Origin: the human T2T-CHM13v2.0 reference genome, Homo sapiens
Direction: 5' to 3' (one strand)
Assembly (NCBI RefSeq): GCF_009914755.1
Contig: NC_060932.1
Length of the DNA stretch: 64,000 nt
Part shown: positions 15,950-30,772 of the stretch, piece by piece
Layout: every line of letters begins with the position of its first letter
Numbering within the stretch: the first letter of the stretch is position 1
Notes under the pieces: generated by a model
What the model saw: the letters and a program-made list of their open reading frames with translations, nothing else
The model's database searches: none
Told to the model about the DNA's origin: nothing
Position numbers and translations under genes: made by a program

Positions 15950-18362
15950 ATATTAGAAATAAATTAATGCCACTACAGAGGAGAGTGACTTAATAGATAA
16001 TAGGCTATATCCTAAAGTACTATCATCTATAAAAAAGAATGAGGAAGGTCTTTAAGGACTGATATGAAATGCTTTCTAGGACATACTGCTCAATGATAAG
16101 AGCAAAATACAAAAGAGAATGTATAGCATATGTGGTAGCTAGTCTTCAAGATGGTCACCAATGATGTCCACCTCTCAATTTTCACTCCCTTGTGTAGTCC
16201 CTTTCCACAATGTACCGGTGTGACCGCTTCTGATTATAAGGTAGACATGTGGCTTCCGTCTTACATTCAAGGGGTGGAAAGAAGGGAAGAAGAGGAATGC
16301 AGTGGTAGGAATTAGTAGGAATTGGTACTTTTCTGAGTAGACCTTTTGTACAGCTCTGACTCTTAAATCGCAGTAATGTTTTACATACCTAAAAAATAAA
16401 TAAGTACAGTTCGCCCTCTGTGTATCCATGGGTTCTACATCAGTGGATTCAACCAAACAGGGATTGAAAATACTGATGGCGGGGGGAAAGAATAGCTGTG
16501 TCTGTACTGAACAAACATGTACAGACAACTTTTTTTTTTGGTCGTTATTCCCTAAACAATACAGTATAACAACTATTTACAAAGTATTAGGTATTATAAG
16601 TAATGTAGAGATGATTTAAAGTATACAGAGGATGTGTGTAGCTTATATGCAAATATTACACCATTTTATAAAACAGACTTGAGTATCCACAGATTTTGGT
16701 ATCCATGGGAGGGCCCTGGAACCAATCCCCCATGAATACTGAGGGATGACTGTAATTAAAACTAACCAGGATGTGACGAATACCAAAAATGAAAAGCAGA
16801 GAGTAACAAATGAGTCTAACTATTATCACAAAGGAATAGCATTACCCTATTGCAGAGTGTGGGGAAGAAAGGAACTAATCTAAGTAACTAGAAAATAATA
16901 TTTTGAATGGATAAGGCTAAAGACAAAAAAACCTGAATATAAATGCTATAATCTACTTAGTAAATTTGTTTCTCACACTGGTAATGATTAGCAATTCTAA
17001 AACTAATGGGTATAATAGGATTGAACAATCAATGTATTTAGAATACAAAAGCCATATTTCTCATTGTTTAGAGAAAGAAGTTTACATATAAAGGGAGAAG
17101 ACTGAAATGAACCCTGTATTGTTGCACTGGAATCAGAAATATCAGTATGAACACATGGTTTTATTACCTACATATGGAAAGTCACATACAGGTGTAGGAA
17201 TTGAGTGGGACGGAAGGGATAGTATATAAACATATATTTCCTAACTCTATCTGCTGAGAGGCCTAGAAGCAATAACACAGAGTGACAATGAATACAACTA
17301 GCACTCAGATTTTGGTTTCTAAATACCATTCTCCAATCAAAAGAGCTACAGCTCCTTATTGAAGTGGTTGATTCCAAGGCTGAAGCTGGGAAAATTCAAA
17401 ATGAGCCTGGAAAATCTTGAGAATCCAGAAAGCATGGAAGTACTCAAAAAAGGATGGGAGCTGGTCACAAGGACACAGGGCCAAAAGTGTAATAATTTGG
17501 GCAACAAAATAAGTAACTGTAGCACACATTACAACCATAAAATAAAATAAATATCTGTGATTACAGATTGATATAAATAAATAAATTAAGGGAGGAGAAA
17601 TTCAATTAATAAATACAGAAGAGAGAAACAGGAAAATCATTAGGGAAACGCCACAATAATTAACTGTTGCCAACAAGATCCACTGACAGATATTAAAACT
17701 GAGCAAGTGAGGGGAGGATCTGAAGAGAAACAGTATTTGCACTGTCTTAAAATATCTCCCCAAAGATATTTATTAATTGCAAAAGAAAAACTACTAACTT
17801 CATAGTGGAGGAACCTGACAGATAACTACCTTAACCAAGTGATCAAGGTTAACATCACCAACATTAAGGTATATCAACATCATGAAGTCCTGACAAAATG
17901 CACTGAAAAGGACACAACATTGTCTCAGAGATATTCTGGCAAAAAATGCACAACCTCATTCTAATCACGAGAAAACATCACAAAAAGTAAACTGAGGAAA
18001 ATTCAACAAAATAAATTATTAGTATCCTTTTAAAAATAGCAAGATCATGAAAAAGATAAGGAAAAGTTGAGGAACTGTCACAGACTGGAGAAGACTAAGA
18101 CATAAGAACTAAATGCATACTGAACACAATGTGGGATCCTGGGTCAAATCTTAAAACATTAGTGGGAAAATTGGTGAAATTCAAGCAGGGTCTGTGGTTT
18201 AGTTAACAGTATTGTACCAGTGTTAATTCTGCTTTTGATAATTGTACTATGTAGGTATGTAAGTTAACTGCATTAAGGGAACCAGGGTGAAGGGTAAAAG
18301 GGATTGCTCTGAAAAATTTTTGCAACTTTTCTCTACGTTTAAAAAGAGTTCAAAATAAGAAG
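15950..18362 (+). mobile_element. L1MC-type 3' region fragments, interrupted by MER2
   Basis: taccttaaccaagtgatcaaggttaacatcacca; gaggaactgtcacagactggagaagactaag; tgtgggatcctgg; ttgcaacttttct. Confidence 0.65.
16407..16752. mobile_element. MER2 (TcMar-Tigger MITE)
   Basis: TIRs cagttcgccctc.../...gagggatgactg with TA on both sides. Confidence 0.85.
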
Positions 18363-18820
18363 CTTGATGTTGATTTTTAATAGTGAAGACTTATGCATTT
18401 AAAAACAATTCTCTAGTTGCTGATCTCTTAACAATCAACCTGAAGCAGTTCAAAGTATAAGGAATATCATGCCCCTTTATCATACAGGGGAAAAAACGTA
18501 TTTCATCAATATGGAAATATACTTTTTTAAGGCTTAATGAATAATTTTATTTCAGATTAGATTAAGTATTTTATAGCTACATTACACTCTACTAAGTTTG
18601 AATGCAATAAAAGTATTAATTCATAAGTACTTCCACAAGGAAGATGGCAATCAGCATATTTCACATACTATTTGTGAACAACTAAAAATACTTTGTCCAA
18701 AGTTAAGTCGGTAAACCTTAAAACAAAACAAAATAAAACACAATCCCACAAATCTCCAGTAAGTGGAAATGTAAATAAAAGACATTCTTTTCTACAGGTA
18801 CAAAGATTTCACTCTAATTA

Positions 18821-19093
<273 letters not shown>

Positions 19094-19102
19094 TTAAAGA
19101 GA

Positions 19103-19410
19103 TTTTCTTTTTCTTTTTTTTTTTGGAGACAGTCTTTCTCGCTCTGTCACCCAGGCTGGAGTGCAGTAGTGTGATCATAGTTCACTGCAGCCTTGAACTC
19201 CTGGACTTAAGTGATCCTCTCGCAGCAGCCTCCTGAGTAGCTGGGACTACAGGTGAGCACCACCACACCCGGCTAATTTTGTTTTATTTTTCTGTAGAGA
19301 TGCAGTCTCTCTTTGTTGCCCAGACTGGTCTCACTCCTGGCTTCATGCAAGCCTCCCACCTCAGCCTCCCAAAGTGCGGGGGTTACAGGCATGAGCCACC
19401 ACACCCAGCC
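19103..19410 (-). mobile_element. AluJ
   Basis: Reverse dimer immediately upstream (in the transcript) of the exon 5 acceptor; imperfect TSD ttaaagagattttct / ttaaagtgattttct. Confidence 0.9.
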
Positions 19411-19890
19411 TTAAAGTGATTTTCTGCATCTAGAGTTTCAGCACAAAAATTAAGCATTTTCATATTACAATTAAAACTTTCAGAAACAATTACCACTTGC
19501 GGGTAGTATACACAGAATTTCTACTGGCCTTGAATATATCATCAACTGTTAAAATATTTGATGTTTTCCTCACTGCGGCAGTAATTTCCACATAATCTGA
19601 AAACCATTTAACTGATTTGTTTCAACCAAGGTTTCATTTTAATGAAAATACTATTTAACTTACTAAAATGCACAGCATGAAAGCTGTTACAGCAGAGCAC
19701 AGATACGTCACATGAGATATCTGTTGAACTAGACCATCAACTTGGGAAGATACACACTGTGTCTTATTTGCCTCTAAATTTTTCTGAGATCTTTTTTTAA
19801 CACACTGAACTCAATAGCTGTGCTGTTGTTGTTATTGTTGAAGAGGTTTATAAATGTTTTAGAATAAAGCATTTAAAATAATCCCAAAGT

Positions 19891-20047
19891 AGCTGGGCGT
19901 AAGTGCCATATACCTGTGGCCCCAGCTACTTGGAAGGCTGAGGTGGGAGGATCATTTGAGTCAGGGAGGTCAAGACTCCAGTGAGCTGTGATCATGCCAC
20001 AGCACTTAGCCTGGGCAACAGAGTGAGACTGTCCCAAATTAAAAAAC
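19891..20047 (+). mobile_element. Alu right monomer (FRAM/AluJ)
   Basis: agctgggcgt...cccagctacttgg...gagtgagactgt. Confidence 0.8.
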
Positions 20048-20259
20048 AAATTCCTAAGGCAAATATTTCAATAAAATGAACAAATTTAACCTATGTGAAT
20101 TTTCACATATTGGGTTACTTCCAATTTCTCAAGAGCAAAGACTCTTATCTTTTGTCTTCTTTATGTTGTACAATGCTATGCAGGGTCAGCATTAATGGGC
20201 ATTATCTTAAACCATAAATGACATGAAACTATACATGATAGGTCAAAATGATCAACCCG

Positions 20260-20562
20260 TTTTTTTTTTTTTTCTTTTTTGAGACAGGATCTCACTCTGT
20301 TGCCAAGCCTGAAGTGCAGTGCAGTGAACATGGCTCACTGCAGCCTCAATTCCTGGGCTCAAGTAATCCTCCCACCTCAGCCTCCTGAGTAGCTGGGACC
20401 ACAGGCACACATCACCACATCTGGCTAATTTTTAAATTATTTTTTGTAGAGACAGGGTCTTGCTGTGTTGCCCAGGCTGGTCTCGAACTTCTGGGATCAA
20501 GCAACCTTCTTGCCTTGGCCTCCCAAAGTGCTGGGATTACAGGCATGAGCTACCATGCCCAG
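20260..20562 (-). mobile_element. AluJ
   Basis: Reverse dimer with poly(T). Confidence 0.9.
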
Positions 20563-21232
20563 TATTTTTTTTTTTTTAGAATAAAGATATTGTATGGCTT
20601 CTGAAGTAAACACAACTATAAAACTGAAAGGCTCCAAAAGGGTTGTATTCACACATGAAAGAACACTTCATATATACACGTAAAAACAATTTCAAAAGTA
20701 CTGTACTATATATAGCACATGAAAATTTTACTGCTATAAAAATATACCACCACTACCATTAGCAATAACATTAAGAACTCAGTATCTGTAACAGAATGAA
20801 AACATTACTAATTTTTCTCCAAAGGAATTCAATCAAACAAGTACGTTACAGCACAAACTCAGAACAGGGTTTTGCTGAGCAAGTTCTATAGATGGATGGG
20901 TGCAACGATATCAGGAGAATTGGCGGATAAGTAGTGTCCACCTGGTAATTTGTGAGTTGAGAGGACAAGCTATGAAAGGTCCAACAGTACAGAAGAAACT
21001 AGAGGGGTCACAGCTTTAAGAACTACCCTAAAGTTTGATGGATGCAATATATATATACATATGAAAAACATGCCAGAAACAGAAAAACTTTGGAAGACTC
21101 TAGGGACTAAGTCTAAACTGAGACCTTCAAAAGAAGAGATATGAGAACATACTTTTCCTCTAACAAACTCTTGGCATACAACATTAAAATCCCCTAATAT
21201 GGAGTCTAGAAAGCATCCAAATGACCTCTTCG

Positions 21233-21542
<310 letters not shown>

Positions 21543-21655
21543 TCGAATAACCTGTATTATAGCTGGAATGCACATAAAATGATCTTTCCTAATGTTTTAA
21601 GGTGAAAGGCATCTGAATTTTGAAGATACAGATTATTAATAACAATTTTACTTTA

Positions 21656-21814
<159 letters not shown>

Positions 21815-22123
21815 CTAAAATGGAGAAAGAAAACAAAGATCCTAAGTAAGGTAACAAATATTATACATACTAATGCAATATACATTAAAATTACAGTATA
21901 CAATTGAATATACATAAAATTTTTACACAAAAACATAAAGGTATTATCAAAGCCAAAGCTATACCAACTTTTTCTGTAGAAACTTTATTCAAATATGCAA
22001 AGTTATTTATACTTGTAATAATCACAAAAACAGAACAATAACCACAATAAAACCATCAGGTAATATTTTGAGAAAGTCAGGCCTTGGAGAACCTGTCTCT
22101 GATGAGTTAGAATTGCTTACTGT

Positions 22124-22445
22124 GCTGGGCGCAGTGGCTCATGCCTGTAATCCCAGCACTTTGGGAGGCCTGCTTGCCTCCCACATTGTCAGTCCACATT
22201 GGGTGGACTGCTTGAGCTTAGGAGTTCGAGGCCAGCTGGCAACACAGGGAAAGCCCATCTCTACAAAAAATAAAAAATTAGCTGGGTGTGGTGGTACATG
22301 CCTATAGTCCCAGCTACTCAGGAGGCTGAGGTGAGAGGACTGCTTGAGCCTTGGGAGGTGGAGGTTGCAGTAAGCCAAGCCTGCGCCACTGCACTCCAAC
22401 GTAGGTGACAGTGAGACCTTGTCACAAAAAAAAACAAAAAAAAAA
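22124..22445 (+). mobile_element. AluJ with an internal templated insertion
   Basis: Dimer; non-Alu insert at ~22171-22200. Confidence 0.88.
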
Positions 22446-22995
22446 TTGCTTATTGCTTTCCACATAAACAAGGTTTTATTGATACTGCTTTTGTGAAAAT
22501 TATCTTCATGCTTTTATATGACCCCCAATCTCTTTCCAAATGATTCATCAATATGTATAAAACCCAGTTTCCATATACTAGCTGAGATAAATCATAGATT
22601 TGTTCATTCATCATTATCAGTATACCCTGGAAGGAAGGCTTTACATATTATCATTCTAATTTTCCAGTGAAAACAAGATCACAATTCAGATGAACTTATC
22701 TTTAACCTATCCTTAAGGACAAATAATATGGTCTTTTCCTAGCTACTGAATTATAGTTGAATACATATAATTCCCAAATAGTGAGAACATCTGAAAAGAG
22801 AAGTATTCCTCTACTTAGAAACTTGTCTTACAAATATAATATCTATGAAGATCCTCTGTATATGTGTCAAACAGGGTAACAGAGTTCAGAAATTTTTCTG
22901 ACATAAATGACTGCCATCGCTAAAGTATAGCAGTTAAATATTAAATTATATTAAGCTGCCAATATTAACCTATTGCTTCATATAAAACAGACACT

Positions 22996-23119
22996 GGCCA
23001 GGCACAGTGGCTCACGCCTGTAATCCCAGTACTTTGGGAGGCCAAGACGGGCAGGCAGATCACTTGAGGTCAGGAGTTCAAGACCAGCCTGGCCAACATG
23101 GTGAAACTCTTGTCTCTTC

Positions 23120-23151
<32 letters not shown>

Positions 23152-23324
23152 AATTAGCTGGGCATGGTTACACACACCTGTATTCCCAACTACTCAGAAG
23201 TCTGGGGCAGGAGAATTGCTTGAACACAGGGGGCAGAGGTCACAGTGAGCCAAGATTACGCCACTGCACTCCAGCCCAGGCAACAGAGCAAGACTTCGTC
23301 TCAAAAAATTAAAAAAAAAAAAAA
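22996..23324 (+). mobile_element. AluSx-like with expanded middle A tract
   Basis: Dimer; long A run at ~23120-23145. Confidence 0.92.
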
Positions 23325-23595
23325 CAGCAGACACTTAGAAAAATTATTTGCAAATGGTGATGTATGTAAAGTCGGCAGCAGGTTAAAAGTATTACAGGTC
23401 TTGCATTTCACTGATGAGAAGAGACCAAATCAACACTTTTCATTATTGATAAACTTAGTAAAGATTTTATATCCCACTAAGTTAATGATTGTTAGTATTA
23501 AACTAGAAATATCTTTTTGCAACTATTATTATCTGTCTTAAATATAAAAAATCACTTGGATTTTTTACCACAAAAAAGAGTATTCAAAGCTTTCA

Positions 23596-23862
<267 letters not shown>

Positions 23863-24384
23863 TTATAGCGTATCACATTTATAATATTGATAATAAACCC
23901 ATGTAGAAACACAGAATTTCAGTTCTAAAAGGAATCTTGCTAAACCAGTCCTCTATCTTCCCATATTTCGAGAGGAAACCCAAGCCCAGAGAAGTGAAGT
24001 GGTTTGCCACATAGTCAAAAGCTAGTGGCCAGAGCTGTGACTAACCACAAGACGCTGAAATCTTGTCTGCAAAACTGGTCTACAAAAACTGTAAAATTCA
24101 AGTTGCTTCTATTACAGAAATATTTTATTGTCACTTAACAAATTTGGTATCATAATACCTTAAAAAGCAATGGCCTTTCTATTTGTCCTTAAGTCAAAGT
24201 GAGTTTTTTTAGTTATTCAATATTGTCCTAAAAATGCCAACACTATCAAAAAACCTAGTAATTTTTCCAAATATGAATCAAAGTCTTTAAGAAAAGACTC
24301 TGAAGCCTATCTTATGGTATTTCAGAAGTATCTTTATATACTTATTTATATGAGAATCTTTTTGTATTTTTAAGTATGCTTAGA

Positions 24385-24666
24385 GCAGAGTCTGGTGGCT
24401 CATGCCTGTAATCCCAGCACTTTGGGAAGCCGAGGTGCGTGGGTCACTTGAGTTCAGGAGTTCGAGACCAGCCTGGGAAATATGGCAGAATCCCATCTCT
24501 ACAAAAAATTAGACAGGCATGGTGGTGCTCGCCTGTAGTCCCAGGTACTCGGCAGGCTGAGGTGGAAGGATCACTTGAGCCTGGGAAGCAGAAGTTGCAG
24601 TGAGCTGTGATCACACCACCGCACTCCAGCCTGGACAACAGAGCGAGACCCTGTCTCCAAAAAAAT
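24385..24666 (+). mobile_element. AluJb-like
   Basis: Dimer in intron 2. Confidence 0.88.
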
Positions 24667-24693
24667 ATATGCATACATTTTTATAAATATATA

Positions 24694-24766
24694 TAAAAAT
24701 AGGTTTTAAGAAATATAATTGTATTTATTGTTTTTATATAATTGTATTTCTTAAAACCTATTTTTA
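24694..24766. repeat. AT-rich inverted repeat, 31-bp arms, 11-nt loop
   Basis: 24694-24724 pairs with 24736-24766; the outer 22 bp are perfect and there are 2 mismatches. Confidence 0.95.
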
Positions 24767-24894
24767 AAGTTGATTTTACTATAAAACTCACATGCAGAGA
24801 ATTTGCCACACTAAAATACAGATGACTATATTATTTTGACCAAGACTGACAAGTTTGAAAATTATTTTTACTAAAGAAAAGAAATCCCACAAAC

Positions 24895-24925
24895 CTCTGT
24901 TTTTCAGTTTCCGCTTTTATTTCCT
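24895..24925 (-). CDS. ARFGEF1: ARFGEF1 coding exon 2 (31-nt micro-exon; (E)EIKAETEKQ(S))
   Basis: Minus strand reads ttttttttcccctcag|AGGAAATAAAAGCGGAAACTGAAAAACAGAG|gtttgt. The final AG joins the first T of exon 3 to give Ser in frame. Peptide recognised as BIG1 N-terminus. Confidence 0.93.
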
Positions 24926-25250
24926 CTGAGGGGAAAAAAAAAGAAGCATACATTAGAAAACTGGACAGCAGAAAGACTGAGTAATTTCTTAAGTTCTATA
25001 AACTCATTTGGAACTTCTACAAAAAGTTGGAAAGAATGCAAATTTAATAAAAATTAGATGCTAAAATTGTTTCATCTAAATTTTTTAATTTACACAAATA
25101 ACATAAAACTATATGAATAGGTACATTAACAAACATAAGGATAGGTGAAGTTACAGATTATTAATTCCCAACGCATTTCCTTTTCTCAAAGCATTTCCTT
25201 TTTCGTCAAGTAACTAGTTACATTAAGCAGAAGCATTAATATTAAGAACA

Positions 25251-25361
25251 GGGCCAAGTTCAGTGGCTCACGCCTGTAATCCTAGTGCTTTGGGAGGCCA
25301 ACGCAGGAGGATCACTTGAGGCAAGGAGTCTGAGATCAGCCTGGGCAACAAAGACCCCATC

Positions 25362-25392
<31 letters not shown>

Positions 25393-25577
25393 TTTAAATC
25401 AGCTTGGGCATGGTGGTGTATGCCTACAGTCCTAGCTATGTGGGGCAGGGGGTTGAGGTGGGAGGGTCCCTTGAGCCCAAGAGTTAAAGGTTACAGTGAG
25501 CTATAACCACTAGACTCCACTACAATCCAGCCTGGGCACAAGAACAAGACCCTGTCCTCCCACCAAAAAAAAAAAAT
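25251..25577 (+). mobile_element. AluJ
   Basis: Diverged dimer. Confidence 0.86.
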
Positions 25578-25847
25578 CACAACAGAATAATGTGTATGCT
25601 ATAATGAAGTCACAAAATGTACGGCAGATGTTTGGGGACAGGAGGAAAAACACCTCAATGCACCAACCTTGTGATTACCCCAGGGAGATTATCAGACCAG
25701 AACTATAACTTCTTAAATATGTTTGTGCATTGATATTTAACTCATTTTTCTATTTATGACTATACAAGGCCCTATAAAATACACATGCTCAATTTAATGG
25801 GAAATTTTCCCTTTCACTATTTATACTATAAGGTATCAGATAAATTA

Positions 25848-26195
<348 letters not shown>

Positions 26196-26329
26196 TTAAT
26201 TAATATATTGGGGAATCTGGCTAATTGACTAAATCTGCCTGAAATTTGGAAAAAAGGTATTCAAATGTGTGCCAAGTACTACTACACTTTACATATACTA
26301 AACTTTACATAGACTATTACACTTTACAT

Positions 26330-26520
26330 GCAACTAATGTATTTATGTTTGACAACAATCCTATGAGGTGTGTACTATTATATCTTCATTTTAAAGACTG
26401 GAAAATTGAGGAAGAGAGGTTGAACAACTTGTCCAAAGGCTGCATGGCTTGGACGTATGGCTAATCAGGTTTCAATATTAGGTAATCTAACTACAGATTC
26501 TGGTTTATTAACCGTTCTAC
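26330..26520. mobile_element. MIR
   Basis: caacaatcctatgaggt...cattttaaagactggaaaattgaggaagagaggttgaacaacttgtccaagg-like MIR core. Confidence 0.6.
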
Positions 26521-27002
26521 CATATAGGTGTATCTGAGAAACTGAACAAACTGTGCTAAATTGGGGTATGATAAACAACTACTGGCCTATACATTTTTAA
26601 CACTATCACTAACTGAGCATCTTTCACGTACCAGATACTGTATTAAACCCTTTAAAAAGCGACTTTGACAAATCACCTTGCTATACAATTTCTACAATTC
26701 ATTCGCACAATCCATACAACTTATTCATACAATACATACAAATTTACTCATTGCCTACTGTGTGCCAGGCATCTGATGTTCAGTATTTCAGTTTAGTTTT
26801 CTGTGAACCAAACCCCTTTCCATTTTATTACTGGTAGAACTAGAAGGCAGATAGTATAAAAATATTATCTGCAGCTATTTAAAATACCACTTTAATAAAG
26901 GTTCACAATGATATTTAAGATCTGTATATCAGTTACTAAAATTGCACGGCTCACCAACAGATACAATCAAAAATAATCTTTATCACTTGAAAATATATGT
27001 GT

Positions 27003-27366
<364 letters not shown>

Positions 27367-27854
27367 TCATTTAAAAAAATTATCATTATTTAAGAGGCTG
27401 AGATACTACTACAAACCAGTAAGGCAGGAAAAAAGGCAAGGCAGGGGAAGAAGAGGAGCTGGCAGTTTTTGTTATAAGGTGAATTCCCATTTGTAAAATA
27501 ATTACAGAATAGGATATTCTAGTTAAGTAAATTATACGCTAACTAGGAATATCAGAGGAAATGAAACATTTTAAAGAGCACTGTGTTTTGATACCAAATA
27601 TCACTAAATAACTGTGAGCATGAGAAACAACTCTAACTTCACTAACTACTAGATAATAAAGGTTCCTTATATTCTAAAACATGGGTGAACAGAAGCCTAC
27701 CATAAGTTTTTGTGCAGCCCACGAGTGGAAGAACAGTTTTTACAGCTGAACATCTGCAATCAACTTGATAGGGAAACTAAGGATCAGAATAAATAATGGC
27801 CAGTTCTAAGGTCAGATAACTGATAGGCGGTGATCCAGAAACTTGTTTCTCTAG

Positions 27855-28104
27855 TTGTTTTTGTTTGTTTTTGTGAGATAAAGCTTGCTCTTGTTGCTCG
27901 GGTTCAAGCGATTCTCCTGCCTCATCCTCCTGAGTAGCTGGGATTACAGGCATGCGCCACCACACCTAGTTAATTTTGTATTTTTAGTAGAGACGGGGTT
28001 TCTCCATGTTGGTCAGGCTGGTCTTGAACTCCTGACCTTAGGTGATCAGCCCGCCTCAGCCTCCCAAAGTGCTGGGATTACAGGTGTGAGCCACCGCGCC
28101 CGGC
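27855..28104 (-). mobile_element. AluSp/Sq with internal deletion
   Basis: Reverse dimer that jumps from gctcttgttgctc to gggttcaagcg. Confidence 0.88.
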
Positions 28105-28221
28105 CTTGTTTTTCTAGTCTTAAACTAGTGTATTACCCAATACATTGTGCTATATTTAAGCAAACTTGTAATAACTGGTGCAAATGAAGTGAAAAATATC
28201 ATTCTACAATTATCAGGATTA

Positions 28222-28860
28222 CATTCCCCCCTTATCTGCAGGGGATATATTCCAAGACCTCAGCGGATGCCTGAAACCTCAGATTAAATCAAACTTGATT
28301 TCTGTCAACTAGAACATATTTCTGTTCATGTCTTTCATGACAAATTTAATGCCTTTTTCATCTTAACTAAGTACTTATCATATACTATGGCCGTAATTTT
28401 CAGTTTGAAGTTCGACAGCAAAACTAGCAAGAATTTATTTTTCCTTCTTCATAATTTCACAGACAGAAGATTCTTTCTTACTACAAATCTTAGTAACCTC
28501 AGCATATGATTGTTTTTTCTTAAGTTGAGAACTTTCACCTTTTCACCTAAAGGAAGCACTTCACAAGCTTCTCTTTGGCGTATCTGAATTGCCAGCATCA
28601 CCACTCTTGTGCTTTGGGGGTATTAAGTAAAATAAGAGTGACTTGAACACAAGCATGCCCTACTACAACAGTCAGTTGTGATAACTGAGATGGCTACTAT
28701 GTGACTAAATGGGAAGGTAGCTTATAGAGCATGGAGACACTGGACAAAGATTCACATCCTGGGTGGGACAGGGCAAGATTTCATCATGCTACTAAGAATG
28801 GTGTACAATTTAAAACTTAACAATTGCTTATTTATGGAATTTCTATGTAATATTTTCTAG
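28222..28860. mobile_element. MER44 (Tigger7 derivative)
   Basis: cccccttatctgcaggggatatattccaagacc...gatgcctgaaacc; aaggaagcactt...ctctttggc; caatttaaaactta...ggaattt. Confidence 0.8.
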
Positions 28861-29219
28861 CCAAATCAACACTGTTTATAAGGCACAGGACACATTTAAT
28901 AAACAGGAAAGACTTTTTTTTTAAACTGAGTATATGCGAGTTATACCTGATCTCCTAAGTATATTAAACATCTCCCCTCATAATATTATTTTTACTATCA
29001 ACTTGTTTAGCTGCTTTTTCCACTGACAGTACAAATACAACCCGCAAAATAATATTTATATGGATTCAACAAATTCTATTATCTGTACACTATGAATTAT
29101 TTGTATTTACCTCTCATTACATCAATTTTGTCTTATATATAGTATAGTTTACAAAGTAACAGCAGCTACTCAATGCAAACTGAAGTGGTAATTTAAGGAA
29201 AGCTCTCGAAAGCAAATGG

Positions 29220-29537
29220 ATAGTTTTGTTTGTTTGTTTTGCTTTCCTTTTTTTCAGACAGAGTCTCACTCTGTTGCCCAGGCTGAAGTGCAGTGGTGCG
29301 ATCTCAGCTTGCTGCAACCTCCTCTTCCTGGGTTCAAGCAATTCTCCTGCCTCAGCCTCCTGAGTAGCTGGGACTACGGGGTGCCCGCCACCAAGCACAG
29401 CTAATTTTTGTATTTTTAGTAGAGACGAGGTTTCACCATGTTGGCCAGGCTGGTCTCGAACTCCTGACCACAGGTGATCCACCTGCCCTGGCCTCCCAAA
29501 GTGCTGGGATTACAGGCGTGAGCCACCACGCCCAGCC
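29220..29537 (-). mobile_element. AluSx-like
   Basis: Reverse dimer; TSD caaatggatagtttt on both sides. Confidence 0.92.
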
Positions 29538-30180
29538 ACAAATGGATAGTTTTTAATAAACACATGAGAACCTACACATCCAAAGCATTGTCTCCTTCAA
29601 AGCAGTAACTCTGGGAGTCTATATATCAATTACCATAATGCCGCTAGTATTCAAAAATACTTATGGAATTCATCTTTTTGTGCTTCTTTCCTGCTTGCCT
29701 CCTCCTTTTAAATGAATAAACTCACAAAGGAAAATCATCTAGAAAGAGAATCAAACCAGCCACCAATTAATCACAAGTAGCTTTGAGCCAAGTCTGAAGA
29801 ATGGAATGTGACTGCAAAACAAAAGTTCAGTATTTCTGTGATCTGTCTCAAACTGTGTGTGTGCAAGCACTGTTCTAAGAAAAGCTGGTGACAACAGGGA
29901 TGAGTAAATGTAAATTCCACGGACAAGGAAGAAGAATGGAACAATCTCATTAACCTAGTAAGGCAGGGACATGTTAGGAAGAAAAGGGGTTTTGGCTTGC
30001 ATAACTGGATAATAGACGTACTTAGCCACAATGCCATTTTCTCAATGTGCAGGGGTAGAGCTGGAGGGGTAGGAGTGAAGAAGAGTTAATGGTCATGTTT
30101 CATTTTAAGTAACTGTGGGATATTCAAGTGGCAATATTCAGCAAGAATCAAGATTTATGAATTTGAAAACTGGGAGAGAG

Positions 30181-30772
30181 TGTGGCTGACTATATTTCCC
30201 AAAACGACCACTATGGTATCTGCCATACCACGTGTTCTTCTACATAGTGACCTTGCCACCAGGAGATATTCTAACTCCCCTCCCCTTAAATCTGGGCTGG
30301 CCTTAGAGATTCATTTATAACCAACAAAATGCAGTGGAAGTGACAGTGAACAACAGCTGAGGTTAGGTCAGAAAGGCCAAGCAGCTCCTGCCTGATTCTC
30401 TTAGAATAGAATACTGGCTTTCCAGGCACCCCCTCTTGGAGCCCAATGGCCCTGTTGTGAGAAGCCCAAGCCACTTGGAGGCTACAAAAAATAGTTCCGT
30501 CACCAGTCCCAGCTGAGCCCAGCTTTCAAAGTCATCACCATCCAGGCACCAGACATGTAAGTAAAGATGGCTCCAGAGGATTCCAGTTCCTGGCCATTCA
30601 CATCTCCCTCAGTCATTTCAGTTTGCCCAGCTGAGGCCCCAGACACTGTGGAGCAGCAGCATGCCCCATCTGAATTCCTGACACACAGAACCTGTAAGCA
30701 TAATAAAATGATCACTGCATTACACCACTAAGTCTTGGGTGGTTTATTATACAGCGATGGACACCTGGAATA
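30181..30772 (+). mobile_element. MaLR LTR (MLT1G/F-like)
   Basis: cctccccttaaatctgggctggcctt, gagaagcccaagccac, ccagctgaggccccagaca, aataaaatg...ccactaagtcttgggtggttt motifs. Confidence 0.7.
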
